DNA of 64,000 nucleotides. Source: Chiloscyllium plagiosum (Eukaryota). This document shows, in pieces, positions 40,440 through 52,128 of the stretch. Position 1 is the stretch's first letter. Each line of letters opens with the position of its first letter. The position numbers and the translations under genes were made by a program. The DNA lies in contig NC_057728.1 in assembly GCF_004010195.1 (NCBI RefSeq), forward strand, positions 44,914,286 through 44,978,285, read 5' to 3'. The notes beneath the pieces are model-generated. The model did not search any database and had not been told where the DNA came from. It worked only from the letters and a program-made list of their open reading frames with translations.

Positions 40440-42680
40440 AGATAGTATTAAATTTAACTAGAAAGCACATATTTATGCAAAGATGAACTGTTGGTCAGAA
40501 GATAGGTCAGAATATTTTTAAAATATGATTAAAAGATTAATAAGGAGGGAAAAATTAGAGTATGAGCAAAAGGTATCTAAAAATATAAAGCCACACAATA
40601 AGAGACTCTAAACAATTTACAAAAGAAACAATTTAAGAGTGAATGCTTGTGCTATAGAAAATGAATCTGGGTAACTAATAACTGAAAAAAAAAGGTGATG
40701 ACAAATTAATTGAACTGGAACACAAGAAAATTTCAATCACCAGGAAGTACTATTTAGTAAGTTATCAGGTCAACAAGTCGCTGGGTCCTCATGGTTTTCA
40801 TCTGAGGGTCTTAAAAAGAAGTGGCTAGTGTAATAGTTAATGCATTAGTGTACTTTTTCTCAAAATTTCACTAGATTCATGGAAAGTACTTAATTTAACT
40901 TCTTTAATCAAAAATGGAGGGAAACAGAAAGCAGGACACAATACACCAGCGAGTTTCACATCTATAATAGGGAAAACATAAGAAACTGTTTATAAAGACA
41001 TCATAACAGGATGCTGAGATAAATTCAGATAAGTAAGTATACACACATAGGTTTTCTGAAAAGGAAATCACGTTTAAACAATTTATTGGAATACTTTGAA
41101 GAAGTATCGTGCTGTGGATAAACAAAACCAGTACATGTTCTGTACTTAGATTGTCACAAGTTATTTAATAAGGTGTCACATCAAAGGTTGTTGTGGAAAA
41201 TAGAACCTCATGATACAGCATATAACATACTGACATGGATAGGAGATTGACTAGTGAACAGGAAATGCAAAGTGGGCATAAATGGGGTCATTTTCTGCAT
41301 GTCTAAACGTAATCAGCGATGTGTCACTGGGATTGGTGAAGGCTTCAAATTTTCAATTTATGTAAATGATTTGGATGAAGGCACCAAAGGCATGGTTGCC
41401 AAATTTGCTGCTCACACAAAGGTAGGCAGGAAGGAAAGTTGTGAAGAGCACATGAGGAGATTACCAAAGGATAGATTAAGTGAGTTGTCAAAAAATAGTA
41501 AATTGAATATAATGCGGGATTATGTGAAATTGTCCATTTTGATTAAAGAACATGATCCAACGGTTGAGAAGCTGCAGAGCTCTGAAATGCCAGAGGATCC
41601 AGATGCCCTATTTTGTGCATGGCAAAAGGTTACTATGCAGGTACAGCAAGTAATTGCAAGAGCAAATAGAATGTTATTATTTATTTTGAATAGAATTAAA
41701 TACAAAAGTAAGGGCTATGTTTCAGTGATATAGGGCATTGGTGAAACCACATCTAGGGTATTCTAAAAGTATTGGTCTCCTTCTTTAAGGAAACAAGTAA
41801 GTAGGTTGGGGATCATTCAGAGATGGTTTGCTAGACTAATATGTGCAGGTTAGGTGAATTGGCCGTGCTAAACTTCCCATAGTATTAGGTGCACTAGTCA
41901 GGGGTAAATAAAGGGTAGGGGAATGGATCTGGGTGGGTTACTTTTCGGAGGGTCGGTGTGGAATTACTGGGCCAAATAGCCTGTTTCCACACTGTAAGGA
42001 ATCTAATCTAATTTAATCTAATATCTGAACTAGGCAGGTTGTCTCAAGAAGAAAGACTGGACATTGTACATATTCTGTTGAAGCATGTGTTTCGTCAATA
42101 AGAAATCGCTGTAACACGGTTGACAAATTAAGGACACTGTTTCTGTAGCACAAACCTTTAAAACGCGTGTTGGCTCTAGCACAATTACAGCACCAACACT
42201 TTAAGTGCTGCTTCAAAAGCACAACTTTTCTATAATGCAGGATTGCACAATAATGCAAGCATCACATCATAGAAGAACTGACAGTATCTATTGCAGTTTA
42301 GAAGAGTAGGAGGAGACTTGATTGAAACATTTAAGACCAGAGCGGACTTCTCTGGTGGATGTGCAAGGAATGTTTCTTCTCATTGGAGAATCTAACATTA
42401 GAGGTCACTTTTTAAAAATAATAACCCATCTGATATGGTGATAACGATATATTATTTTCTCTTAAAGGAATAAGAGTCATTGGAACTCCCTTCCTCAAAA
42501 GGTAGTGGAGGCAAAATATTTTTATTTCAGAGGTGATTAATCCTTGATAAGCAAAAAGGTGAAGGGTAGCAGGGACATACAGAAATGTGAAGTTCATGTA
42601 AATCTGATTAGCCATGGTCTTACTAAATAGCAGAACAGGCCCCAAATGTTCAAGTGGCCAACTCTTGCTCTGAATTTGTG
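40440..42680 (+). mobile_element. Old CR1 LINE interrupted by an HE1 SINE 3' half (~41840-42020) and a MITE (~42065-42286)
   Basis: IYVNDLDEGTKGMVAKFAAHTKVG and decayed flanking ORF2. Confidence 0.85.
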
Positions 42681-42709
42681 TTTTTGTGTTTATTACATAA
42701 TAACAATTA

Positions 42710-44456
42710 TGGGAAGATGGGGAGATACTAAACGAGTATTTTGCATCGGTGTTTACTGCGGAGAAGGACATGGAAGATATAGAATGTGGGGAAATAAATG
42801 GTGACATCTTGAAAAATGTGCATATTACAGAAGAGGAAGTAATGGATCTCTTGAAACGCATAAAAGTAGATAAATCTCCAGGACCTGCTCAGGCATACCC
42901 AAGAACTCTGTGGGAAGCTAGTGAAGTGATTTCTGGACCCTTTACTGAGATATTCATATCATCAATAGTCACAGATGAGGTGCTGGAAGACTGGAAGTTG
43001 GCTAACATGATGCCACTATTTGAGAAAGATGGTAAGGAAAAGCCAGGGAACTATAGACCGGTGAGCCTGACATTGGTTGTGGGCAAGTTGTTAGAGGGAA
43101 TCCTGAGGGGCAGGATTCACATGTATTTGGAAAGGCAAAGACTGATTAGGGATAGTCAGTATGGCTTTGTGCATGGGAAATCATATCTTATTAACTTGAT
43201 TGAGATTTTAGGAGAAGTAATAAGGATTGATGAGGGCAGAATGATGGACGTGATGTATATGGACATCAGTGAGGTATTTGACAAGGTTCCCTACAGAAGA
43301 CAGGTTAGCAAGGTTAGATCTCATGGAATACAGGGAAAACTAGCCATTTGGGTACAAAACTGGCTCAAAGGTAAATGACAGAGGGTGGAGGTGGAGGGTT
43401 GCTTTTCATATTGAAGGCCTGTGACCAGTGGAGTGCCACAAGGATCAGTGCGGGTTCCACTATTTTTCGTCATTTGTGTAAATGATTTGGATGTGAACAT
43501 AGGAAGTTCACAAGTTTGTAAGTTCGTAGTTCGTAAGTTTGCAGATGACACCAAAATTGGAGGTGTAGTGGACAGCAAAGATTGTTACCTCAGAGTACAA
43601 TGGGATCTTGATCAGATGGGCCAATGGGCTGAGGAGTGCAGATGGAGTTTAATTTAGATATATATGAAAGGCTGCATTTTGGGAAAGCAAATCAGAGAAG
43701 GATTTCTACACTTAATGGTAAGGTCCTAGGGAGTGTTGCTGAACAAAGAGACCTTGGAGTGCAGGTTCACAGTTCCTTGAAAGTAGAGTTGCAGGTCGAT
43801 AGGATAGTGAAGAAGGCATTTGGTATGCTGCCCTTTGTTGGTCAGAGCATCGAGTATAGGAGTTGAGAGGTCATGTTGTGGCAGTAAAGGACACTGGTTA
43901 GGCCATTTTTGGAATATTGTGTGCAGTTCTGGTCTCCTTCCTATTGGAAGGATGTTGTGAAATTTGAAAGGGTTCAGAAAAGATTTATAAGAATGTTGCC
44001 AGGGTTGGAGGATTTGAGCGATAGGGAGAGGTTGAATAGGCTGGGGCTGTTTTCCCTGGAGCGTCGGAGTCTGAAGGATGACCTAATAGAGGTTTATAAA
44101 ATCATGAGGGTCATAGATAGGATAAGTAGACAAAGCTTTTTCCCTGGGGTGGGGGGCTCCAGAACTAGAGGGCATAGGTTTAAGGTGAGAGGGGAAAGAT
44201 ATAAAAGAGACTGAACGGGCAACATTTTCATGCAGAGGGTGGTACGTGTATGGAATGAACTGCCAGAGGGAGTGGTGGAGGCTGGTACAATTGCAGTATT
44301 TAAAAAGCATCTGAATAGGTATATGAATAGGAAGGGTTTCGAGGGATATGGGCCAAGTGCTGGAAAATGTGACTAAATTAGCTTAGGATATCTGGTCGTC
44401 ATGGACAGGTTGGACCGAAGGGTCTGTTTCCATGCTGCACATCTCTATGACTCTAA
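42710..44456 (+). mobile_element. CR1 (HER1-type) LINE, 5'-truncated
   Basis: ORFs 42749-43378, 43421-43657 (FADDTK), 43636-43866 and 43909-44214; tail ctctatgactcta. Confidence 0.97.
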
Positions 44457-44830
44457 GAGTCAGAGGTGACGTAATTGAAACACTTATGTCCCATGGGGAT
44501 ATGACTGTGTGGATGTGGAAAGAATGTTTCCTCTTGTGGGAGAGGTCATAGTTCAAAAATAAGGGGCAAACTGTTTAAGACAGTCATGAGGAAAACAATG
44601 TACTTTAAGAGGGTTGGGAGTCTTTTGAATTCCTTCGTTAAAAGACAATGGATGCAAAATCTTTAAATGTTTTTAAGACAGAGGTAGGTAGATTTGTGAT
44701 TAAGTCAGGAATTAAATATTAGCGGAGACATGCAAGAATGTAGAGTTGAGGTTAAAATCATACAGTCATGATCTTGTTGAACGGGGGAGGAGGCATGAAG
44801 GGCAGAGTGATCGACCTTGTTCATTTGTTC
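44457..44830 (+). mobile_element. Older CR1 3' end
   Basis: RGDVIET..MFPLVGE and a 3' UTR. Confidence 0.75.
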
Positions 44831-45187
44831 ATAGATTTGCGTGGATCACTTTCACTCAATGTGCAGAAGTAGGACACAGTTTCAGATCAACAAACATTTA
44901 AATGCCTACACATACAAAGCTGTCAATGAGATAGAAACACTAGCATGAATTCCTTGAGGAAAGTGGTCATCTGAATGACATGAATTTTACAGAACTTTTT
45001 TAAGTCAATAGTCATCTCACTGTTATAAGTTTGATAGGGGGCAAATGCCACGGTCTTGTCAGATTGAATATCATTGCTGAAGAAACGGAAGCTGCAGCAT
45101 GCAGAGATGGCACGACATAATCCAGACAGCAGAACTCTCAAGATTTGTGTACAGAGTCATGGAGATGTACAGCATGGAAACAGACCC

Positions 45188-48036
45188 AGAAATACATCCA
45201 GGGAAGTTATTTGGGTGGAACTGAGAAATAAGAAAGGAATGATCAGCTTATTGGGATTGTATTATAGACGCCCCAATAATCAGAGGGAAATTGGGAAACA
45301 AATTTGTAAGGAGATCTCAGCTATCTGTAAGAATAACAGGGTAGTTATGTAGGGGATTTTAACTTTCCAAACATCGACTGGGACTGCCATAATGTTAAAG
45401 GTTTAGATGGAGAGGAATTTCTTAAGTGTGTACAAGACAATTTTCTGATTCCGTATGTGGATGTACCTATGAGAGAAGGTGCAAAACTTGACCTACTCCT
45501 GGGAAATAAGGCAGGGCAGGTGACTGAGGTGTCAGTGGGGGAGCACTTTGGGGCGCTAGCGACCATAATTCTATTCATTTTAAAATAGTGATGGAAAAGG
45601 ATAGACCACATCTAAAAGTTGATGTTCTAAATTGGAGAAAGGCCAATTTTGACAGTATTAGGCAAGAACTTTCGAAAGCTGATTGTAGACAGATGTTCGC
45701 AGGTAAAGGGACGGCTGGAAAATGGGAAGCCTTCAGAAATGAGATAACAAGAATCCAGAGAAAATATATTCCTGTCAGGGTGAAAGGGAAGGCTGGTAGG
45801 TATAGGGAATGCTGGATGACTAAAGAAATTGAGGGTTTGATTAAGAAAAAGAAGGAAGCATATGTCAGGTAAAGACAGGATAGATTGAGTGAATCCTTAG
45901 AAGAGTATAAAGAAAGTAGGAATATACTTAAGAGGGAACTCAGGAGGGCAAAACAAGGACATGAGATAGCTTTGGCAAATAGAATTAAGGAGAATCCAAA
46001 GGGTTTTTACAAATATATTAAGGACAAAAGGGTAACTAGGGAGAGAATAGAGCCCCTCAAAAATCAGCAAGGCGGCTTTTGTGTGGAGCCACAGAAAATG
46101 GAAGAGATACTAAATGAATATTTTGCATCAGTATTTACTGTGGAAAAGGATATGGAAGATACAGACTGTAGGGAAATAGATGGTGACATCTTGAAAAATA
46201 TCCATATTATAGAGGAGGAAGTGCTGGGTGTCTTGAAATCCCCAGCACCTGATCAGGTGTATCCTGGAACTCTGTGGGAAGCTAGAGAAGTGATTGCTGG
46301 GCCTCTTGCTGAGATATTTGNNNNNNNNNNNNNNNNNNNNNNNNNNNNNNNNNNNNNNNNNNNNNNNNNNNNNNNNNNNNNNNNNNNNNNNNNNNNNNNN
46401 NNNNNNNNNNNNNNNNNNNNNNNNNNNNNNNNNNNNNNNNNNNNNNNNNNNNNNNNNNNNNNNNNNNNNNNNNNNNNNNNNNNNNNNNNNNNNNNNNNNN
46501 NNNNNNNNNNNNNNNNNNNNNNNNNNNNNNNNNNNNNNNNNNNNNNNNNNNNNNNNNNNNNNNNNNNNNNNNNNNNNNNNNNNNNNNNNNNNNNNNNNNN
46601 NNNNNNNNNNNNNNNNNNNNNNNNNNNNNNNNNNNNNNNNNNNNNNNNNNNNNNNNNNNNNNNNNNNNNNNNNNNNNNNNNNNNNNNNNNNNNNNNNNNN
46701 NNNNNNNNNNNNNNNNNNNNNNNNNNNNNNNNNNNNNNNNNNNNNNNNNNNNNNNNNNNNNNNNNNNNNNNNNNNNNNNNNNNNNNNNNNGGGATAGTCA
46801 ACATGGCTTTTTGCGTGGGAAATCATGTCTCACAAACTTGATTGAGTTTTTTGAAGAAGTAACAAAGAAGATTGAGGGCAGAGCAGTAAATGTGATCTAT
46901 CTGGACTTCAGTAAGGTGTTTGACAAGGTTCCCCATGGGAGACTGGTTAGCATGGTTAGATCTCATGGAATACAGGGAGAACTAGCCATTTGTGTACAGA
47001 ACTGGCTCAAAAGTAGAAGACAGAGGTGGTGGTGGTGGAGGGTTGTTTTTCAGACTGGAGTGCCATGAGGATCGGTGCTGGGTTCTCTATTTTTTGTCTT
47101 TTACATAAATGATTTGGATGCAAGCATAAGAGTTTGCAGATGACACCAAAATTGGAGTTGTAGTAGATAGCAAAGAAGATTACCTCAGATTACAACAGGA
47201 TCTTGATCAGATGGGCCAATGGGCTGAGCAATAGCAGATGGAGTTTAATTCAGATAAGTGCGAGGTGCTGCATTTTGGGAAAGCAAATCTTAGCAGTAAT
47301 TATACACTTTATGGTAAGGTCCTAGGGAGTGTTGCTGAACAAAGAGACTTGGAGTGCAGGTTCATAGCTCCTTGAAAGTAGAGTTGCAGGTAGATAGGAT
47401 AGTGATGAAGGCGTTTGGTATGCTTTCCTTTATTGGTCAGAGTACTGAATACAGGAGTTGGGAGGTCATGTTGCGGCTGTACAGGACATTGGTTAGGCCA
47501 CTGTTGGAATATTTTGTGCAATTCTGGTCTCCTTCCTATTGGAAAGATGTTGTGAAACTTGGAAGTGTTCAGAAAAGATTTACAAGATTGTTGCCAGGGT
47601 TGGAGGATTTAAGCTATAGGGAGAGGCTGAACAGGCAGAAGCAGTTTTCCCTGGAGCATCGGAGGCTGACATGTGACCTTATAGAGGTTTATAAAATTAT
47701 GAGGGGCATGGACTAAACCTTTTACCTGGGGTTGGGGAGTCCAGAACTAGAGGGCATAGGTTTAGGGTGAGGGGGGAAAGATATAAAAGGGACCTAAGGG
47801 ACAACCTTTTCACACAGAGGGTGGTACTTATTTGGAATGAGCTGCAAGAGGAAGTGGTGGAGACTGGTGCAATTCCAACATTTAAAAGGAATTTAGTTGG
47901 GTATATGAATAGGAAGGGTTTGGAGGGATATGGGCCGGGTGGTGGCAGGTGGGACTAGGTTGGGTTGGGATATCTGGTTGGCATGGACGGGTTGGACTGA
48001 AGGGTCTGTTTTCATGCTGTACATCTCTATGACTCT
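45188..48036 (+). mobile_element. CR1 (HER1-type) LINE spanning the assembly gap
   Basis: EN motifs WVELRNKKG, GDFNFPNIDW and SDHN; RT after the gap; tail at 48002-48036. Confidence 0.93.
46321..46790. other. Assembly gap (470 N)
   Basis: Run of n. Confidence 1.
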
Positions 48037-48251
48037 TATCCAAGTGCCTTATTCTAACATCTTTAATAATAGTTTCTAATATTTTCACTGTGATAGATAC
48101 TAAGCTAACTGGCTTGTAGTTTCCTGCTTTCTGTCACCCTCCCTTTCTGAATAATTAGCTGTTTTCTAATCTAAAGTAACTTTCTCAGATTCTAATGAGC
48201 TGTGGAAGATTAAAACCACTATATCAACTCTTTCACTAGTTATTTCTTTTG

Positions 48252-48761
48252 TTGTGGTTGTGTTCGCCAAACTGGGAATTTTTGTTGCAGACGTTTCGTC
48301 CCCTGTCTAGGTGACATCCTCAGTGCATGGGGGTCTCCTGTGAAGCGCTTCTGTGATCTTTCCTCTGGCATTTGTAGTGGTTTGAATCTGCCGCTTCCGG
48401 TTGTCAGTTCCAGCTGTCCGCTGCAGTGGTCGGTATATTGGGTTCAGGTTGATGTGCTTATTGATTGATTGAATCTGTGGATGAGTGCCATGCTTCTAGG
48501 AATTCCCTGGCTGTTCTCTGTTTGGCTTGTCCTATAATAGTAGCGTTGTCCCAGTCGAACTCATGTTGCTTGTCATCTGCATGTGTGGCTACTAAGGATA
48601 GCTGGTCGTGTCGTTTCGTGGCTAGTTGGTGTTCATGGATGCAGATGGCTAGCTGTCTTCCTGTTTGTCCTATTTAGTGTTTTGTGCAGTCCTTGCATGG
48701 AATTTTGTACACTACATTGGTTTTGCTCATGCTGGGTATTGGGTCCTTTGTTCTTCTTTTA
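48252..48761 (-). mobile_element. Penelope-like element, second family (Poseidon-like), 5'-truncated: GIY-YIG + pLTR
   Basis: KTNVVYKIPCKDCTKH*IGQTGRQLAICIHEH...HEFDWDN..REFLEAWHS; agtta(t/c)ttcttttg duplicated at 48238-48251 and 48762-48775. Confidence 0.9.
48286..48327 (-). ncRNA. Minimal type I hammerhead ribozyme
   Basis: UGCA-CUGAGGA-U-GUCACC-UAGACA-GGGGAC-GAAACGUC-UGCA: core, stem II and a 4-bp stem I. Confidence 0.8.
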
Positions 48762-49189
48762 AGTTACTTCTTTTGAAATATTGGTGAGATATTTGAAGAT
48801 GTACAAATGCAGTATTTTTTTTGTCATAGCTGAGTACTACTTGGGCTTGGGAGACATTTTTGTTCCACAGCATGGCCTTAACTCTTATTTTCTGTTCAGG
48901 GAAATCAGAGTTAACATTTTGGGACCAGTGCATTTCTCAGAAGGATATCTTTTTACAGACACTGCCAGGCCTGCTGAGCTTTTCTAGCAACTTCTGTTTT
49001 TCTTTCTGATTTATGGCATTTACAGTTCTTCAGGTAGTTATTTTCTGTGGTTTGGCCTATGCTGTCCTGTTATAAGGTTATCCTTCTCTTCATTGGATTG
49101 CCCCAATCTTTCCTGGTTTCTTCTTTGACCACATTCTAAGTAGTTTTCTCCAAAGGCAAGACTTTTTGACTTCATTAAATTGTACGAGT

Positions 49190-50190
49190 ACATGAACATA
49201 CAAATTAGAAGGAAGATTAGTTCACTTGGCTCCGTGTGCCTGTTCTGTCAATCAATAAGACCATGGCTGATGTGATTACTTCAATTTGCAGCCAACCACT
49301 CCCTTACTTATTTGAAAATTCATTTATCTCTGCCTTAAAAATATCAACAATTCTGTTTTCTCTGCCTTTTGATGAAAAGCATTCCAAAGACCTCTACCCT
49401 CTCTGAGAAAACAAATTCTCCTTTGCTCTGTCTTAACTGAGTGATTCCCTTTTTTTGAACAATGACTGCTGGTTCTAGTTTCTCCCACAAGAGGCAACAT
49501 AACTTCCCACATCCACCATATCAAAATCCTAAGCATCTAGGCCACCCAAAATATGCTTCTTTTTTATCTTCCTGCAAAAATGGACAATTCCACATTTTCC
49601 AACATTATATTTTATTTGCCAGACTTTCTCAATCCAGTGAACCTGTCTATAATCCTGAGCTCTTTGAGGAGAAAGTGAGGTCTGCAAATGCTGGAGATCA
49701 GAGCTGAAAATGTGTTGCTGGAAAAGCGCAGCAGGTCAGGCAGCATCCAGGGAACAGGAGAATCGACGTTTCGGGCACAAGCCCTTCCTGAAGAAGGGCT
49801 TATGCCCGAAACGTCGATTCTCCTGTTCCCTGGATGCTGCCTGACCTGCTGCGCTTTTCCAGCAACACATTTTCAGCTATAATCCTGAGCTGCCTCCTTA
49901 TGATTTCCTAACTATACCTGTGTTTCAGCAAATTTAGTGAACATGCCTTTAGTTCCTTCACCCATGTCATTTATATAAATTTGAACAAGTTAAGGCCCCA
50001 ACACTGACCTCTGTAACATGCCACTCAGTGCATTCTGCCAACCAGAAAATAACTCATTATGCCTACTCTGTTTCTTGTTCAGCAGCAAAGCTTCTATCCT
50101 TGTCAATGTTAGCCGGAATGCATGAGCTTTGATTTTTCACAATAACCTCAGATAAACCCTATTATCAAATACCTTCGGAAATCCATGAAC
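49190..50190 (-). mobile_element. Old CR1 3' half
   Basis: Reverse-complement MLPLVGETRT..GLWNAF and an RT remnant; interrupted at 49662-49876. Confidence 0.8.
49662..49876. mobile_element. Penelope pLTR-derived palindromic insertion with a hammerhead core (+, 49788-49815)
   Basis: ~85 bp near-perfect arms; perfect TSD CTATAATCCTGAGCT at 49647-49661 and 49877-49891. Confidence 0.92.
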
Positions 50191-50199
50191 TGTATATAG

Positions 50200-50457
50200 A
50201 ATTATAGAATTCTCTCAGTGTGGAAGCAGGTTATTTGGCCCATCAAGTTCAAACTGACCCTCCGAAGAGCATGCCACCCAGACCCAACCCCCTTACCTTT
50301 CCCAGCAATCCTGCATTCACATGGCTAATCCACCTAGCCTACACATCCATGGACACTCTAGTCAGTTTAGAATGGTCAGTCTATCTAACCTACACATCTT
50401 TGGACTGTGGGAGGAAACTCGTGCAGAAATGGGGAGAATGTGCAAATTCCACACAGA
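50200..50457 (-). mobile_element. HE1-type SINE 3' part; it resumes at 51281
   Basis: tagaatt tail repeats and the ggagaatgtgcaaa.tccacacaga core. Confidence 0.85.
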
Positions 50458-50550
50458 GGAGAAAGTGAGGTCTGCAGATGCTGGAGATCAAAGTTGAAAC
50501 TTTATTGCTGGAACAGCACAGCAGGTCAGGCAGCATCCAGGGAACAGGAG

Positions 50551-50586
50551 ATTCGACGTTTCGGGCACAGGCCCTTCTTCAGGAAT
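50551..50586 (-). ncRNA. Minimal type I hammerhead ribozyme (mirror copy)
   Basis: Exact reverse complement of 50802-50837. Confidence 0.8.
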
Positions 50587-50801
50587 GAGCAGAGAGTGTT
50601 CAGCAGGAGAAGATAAAAGGTAGGGAGGAGGGACTTGGAGGAGGGGAGTTGGAAATGTCTTCTTCTTGACCTCTCCGCCTCCACCCTACTCCGACCTATC
50701 ACCCTCACCTTGACCTCTTTCCACCTATCACATTTCCAACGCCCCTCCTCCAAGTCCCTCCTCCCTACCTTTTATCTTCTCCTGCTGAACACTCTCTGCT
50801 C

Positions 50802-50837
50802 ATTCCTGAAGAAGGGCCTGTGCCCGAAACGTCGAAT
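50802..50837 (+). ncRNA. Minimal type I hammerhead ribozyme
   Basis: AUUC-CUGAAGA-A-GGGC-CUGU-GCCC-GAAACGUC-GAAU; predicted cut after C50833. Confidence 0.82.
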
Positions 50838-51479
50838 CTCCTGTTCCCTGGATGCTGCCTGACCTGCTGTGCTGTTCCAGCAATAAAGTTTCAACTTTGA
50901 TATCCAAATGAATCCAACAAGAACTGGACCAAGCATATGTGGTACTCATAATCTTCTTCATCCTAAGTATACGCATGATTTTACTACAACTGCTAAGTAT
51001 TTCATCAGTAATATTTTCAGCAACATAACACAAAACATCGCAGATAAGAAAAACTGCAGCATATTAACATGCCAAATTTCCCCTAAAGTAAATGCATTAA
51101 AATTCCATCAAATTTGACAATATTGTTATGTATTTGGCTTTAAGGGGTTAACACGTAGGGGGTTCCATACAACAGCCAAGCAGGGTGAGATCAATAGTTG
51201 TGATGTTGAGAAGATATGCTCTTCTTCATTAGGGTAAATAAAACCACAGAAAGTAGACAAAATCAAACACAAAATATTGCTAGAATGGTCAGTCTATCTA
51301 ACCTACACATCTTTGGACTGTGGGAGGAAACTCGTGCAGAAATGGGGAGAATGTGCAAACTCCACACAGACAATCAGCTGGGGGTGGTATCCACCAGTTG
51401 TTCTTTATTAGTCAATTAAATAAAGAGCAACTGGTGGATACCACCTCCGGTCAATTGTCTGTGTGGAGTTTGCATTCAT

Positions 51480-52050
51480 TTTCACAAAACCATGTTGACT
51501 TTGCCTGTTTATCATGTTTTTTTCTCAGCGTGTCTGCTATAACATTTTTCATAATAGCTTCTCAAATCTTCAAATCTTCCTGTCGCAGATAGGTTTCTGT
51601 CAGTTTCGTGCTTTCTGTCTCCCTTCCTTTTTGAATAGAGGAGTTACATTCTGTATTTTCCGATTTAATGGACTTTTCTCCTAATCTAAGGAATTTTGGA
51701 GCATTAAAACCAATGTATCAACTATATCACAAGCTACGTTTTTTTAAGACCATTGTAGGAAGTACCTCTGAACCAGAGACTCATCAGACCACAGTATCAA
51801 TAATGTGCTCTTCATCACTTTACTGGCGATTGGAATTAACTTGACCTCCTCCTACCCTCCAGAGATTATTACCTTTGAGGTCCTGCTTCTTAATTTAGTG
51901 TCTAGTCCCTCAGACCCACTCTATAGAAACTCTTTCCTTGTCCTGTCTATGTCTTTGGATCACACATGGACCACAATCACTGGATCATCCTTCTCCCATT
52001 CTAAGTTCCTCTCCAGCCCTGAGAAGCTACTCCAGACCCTGGTCATAAGC
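51480..52050 (-). mobile_element. CR1 remnants (ORF2 piece and ORF1 esterase piece)
   Basis: LERNLEWEKDDPVIVVHV resembles the ORF1 at 27.1 kb; VTPLFKK on the minus strand near 51640. Confidence 0.7.
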
Positions 52051-52128
52051 AGGAAACTCAGCTTAGGCCCACTCTTTGCTGCAGTGAAATGGTGCGCCAT
52101 CAAGAGCATTCTGTCTGGATGTATCACT

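Larger units (their letters stand above)
50458..50901. mobile_element. Young Penelope pLTR-derived fold-back element
   Basis: Arms 50487-50658 and 50730-50901 (172 bp, one mismatch seen). Confidence 0.93.

Noticed and set aside
46128..46841. Long ORFs across the N run
   Set aside because: Artefacts of the assembly gap.
49662..50901. Palindromes as CRISPR repeats, terminators or DNA-transposon MITEs
   Set aside because: Eukaryotic context, no spacer array, and the arms match the pLTR of the Penelope copy at 52129-52260.
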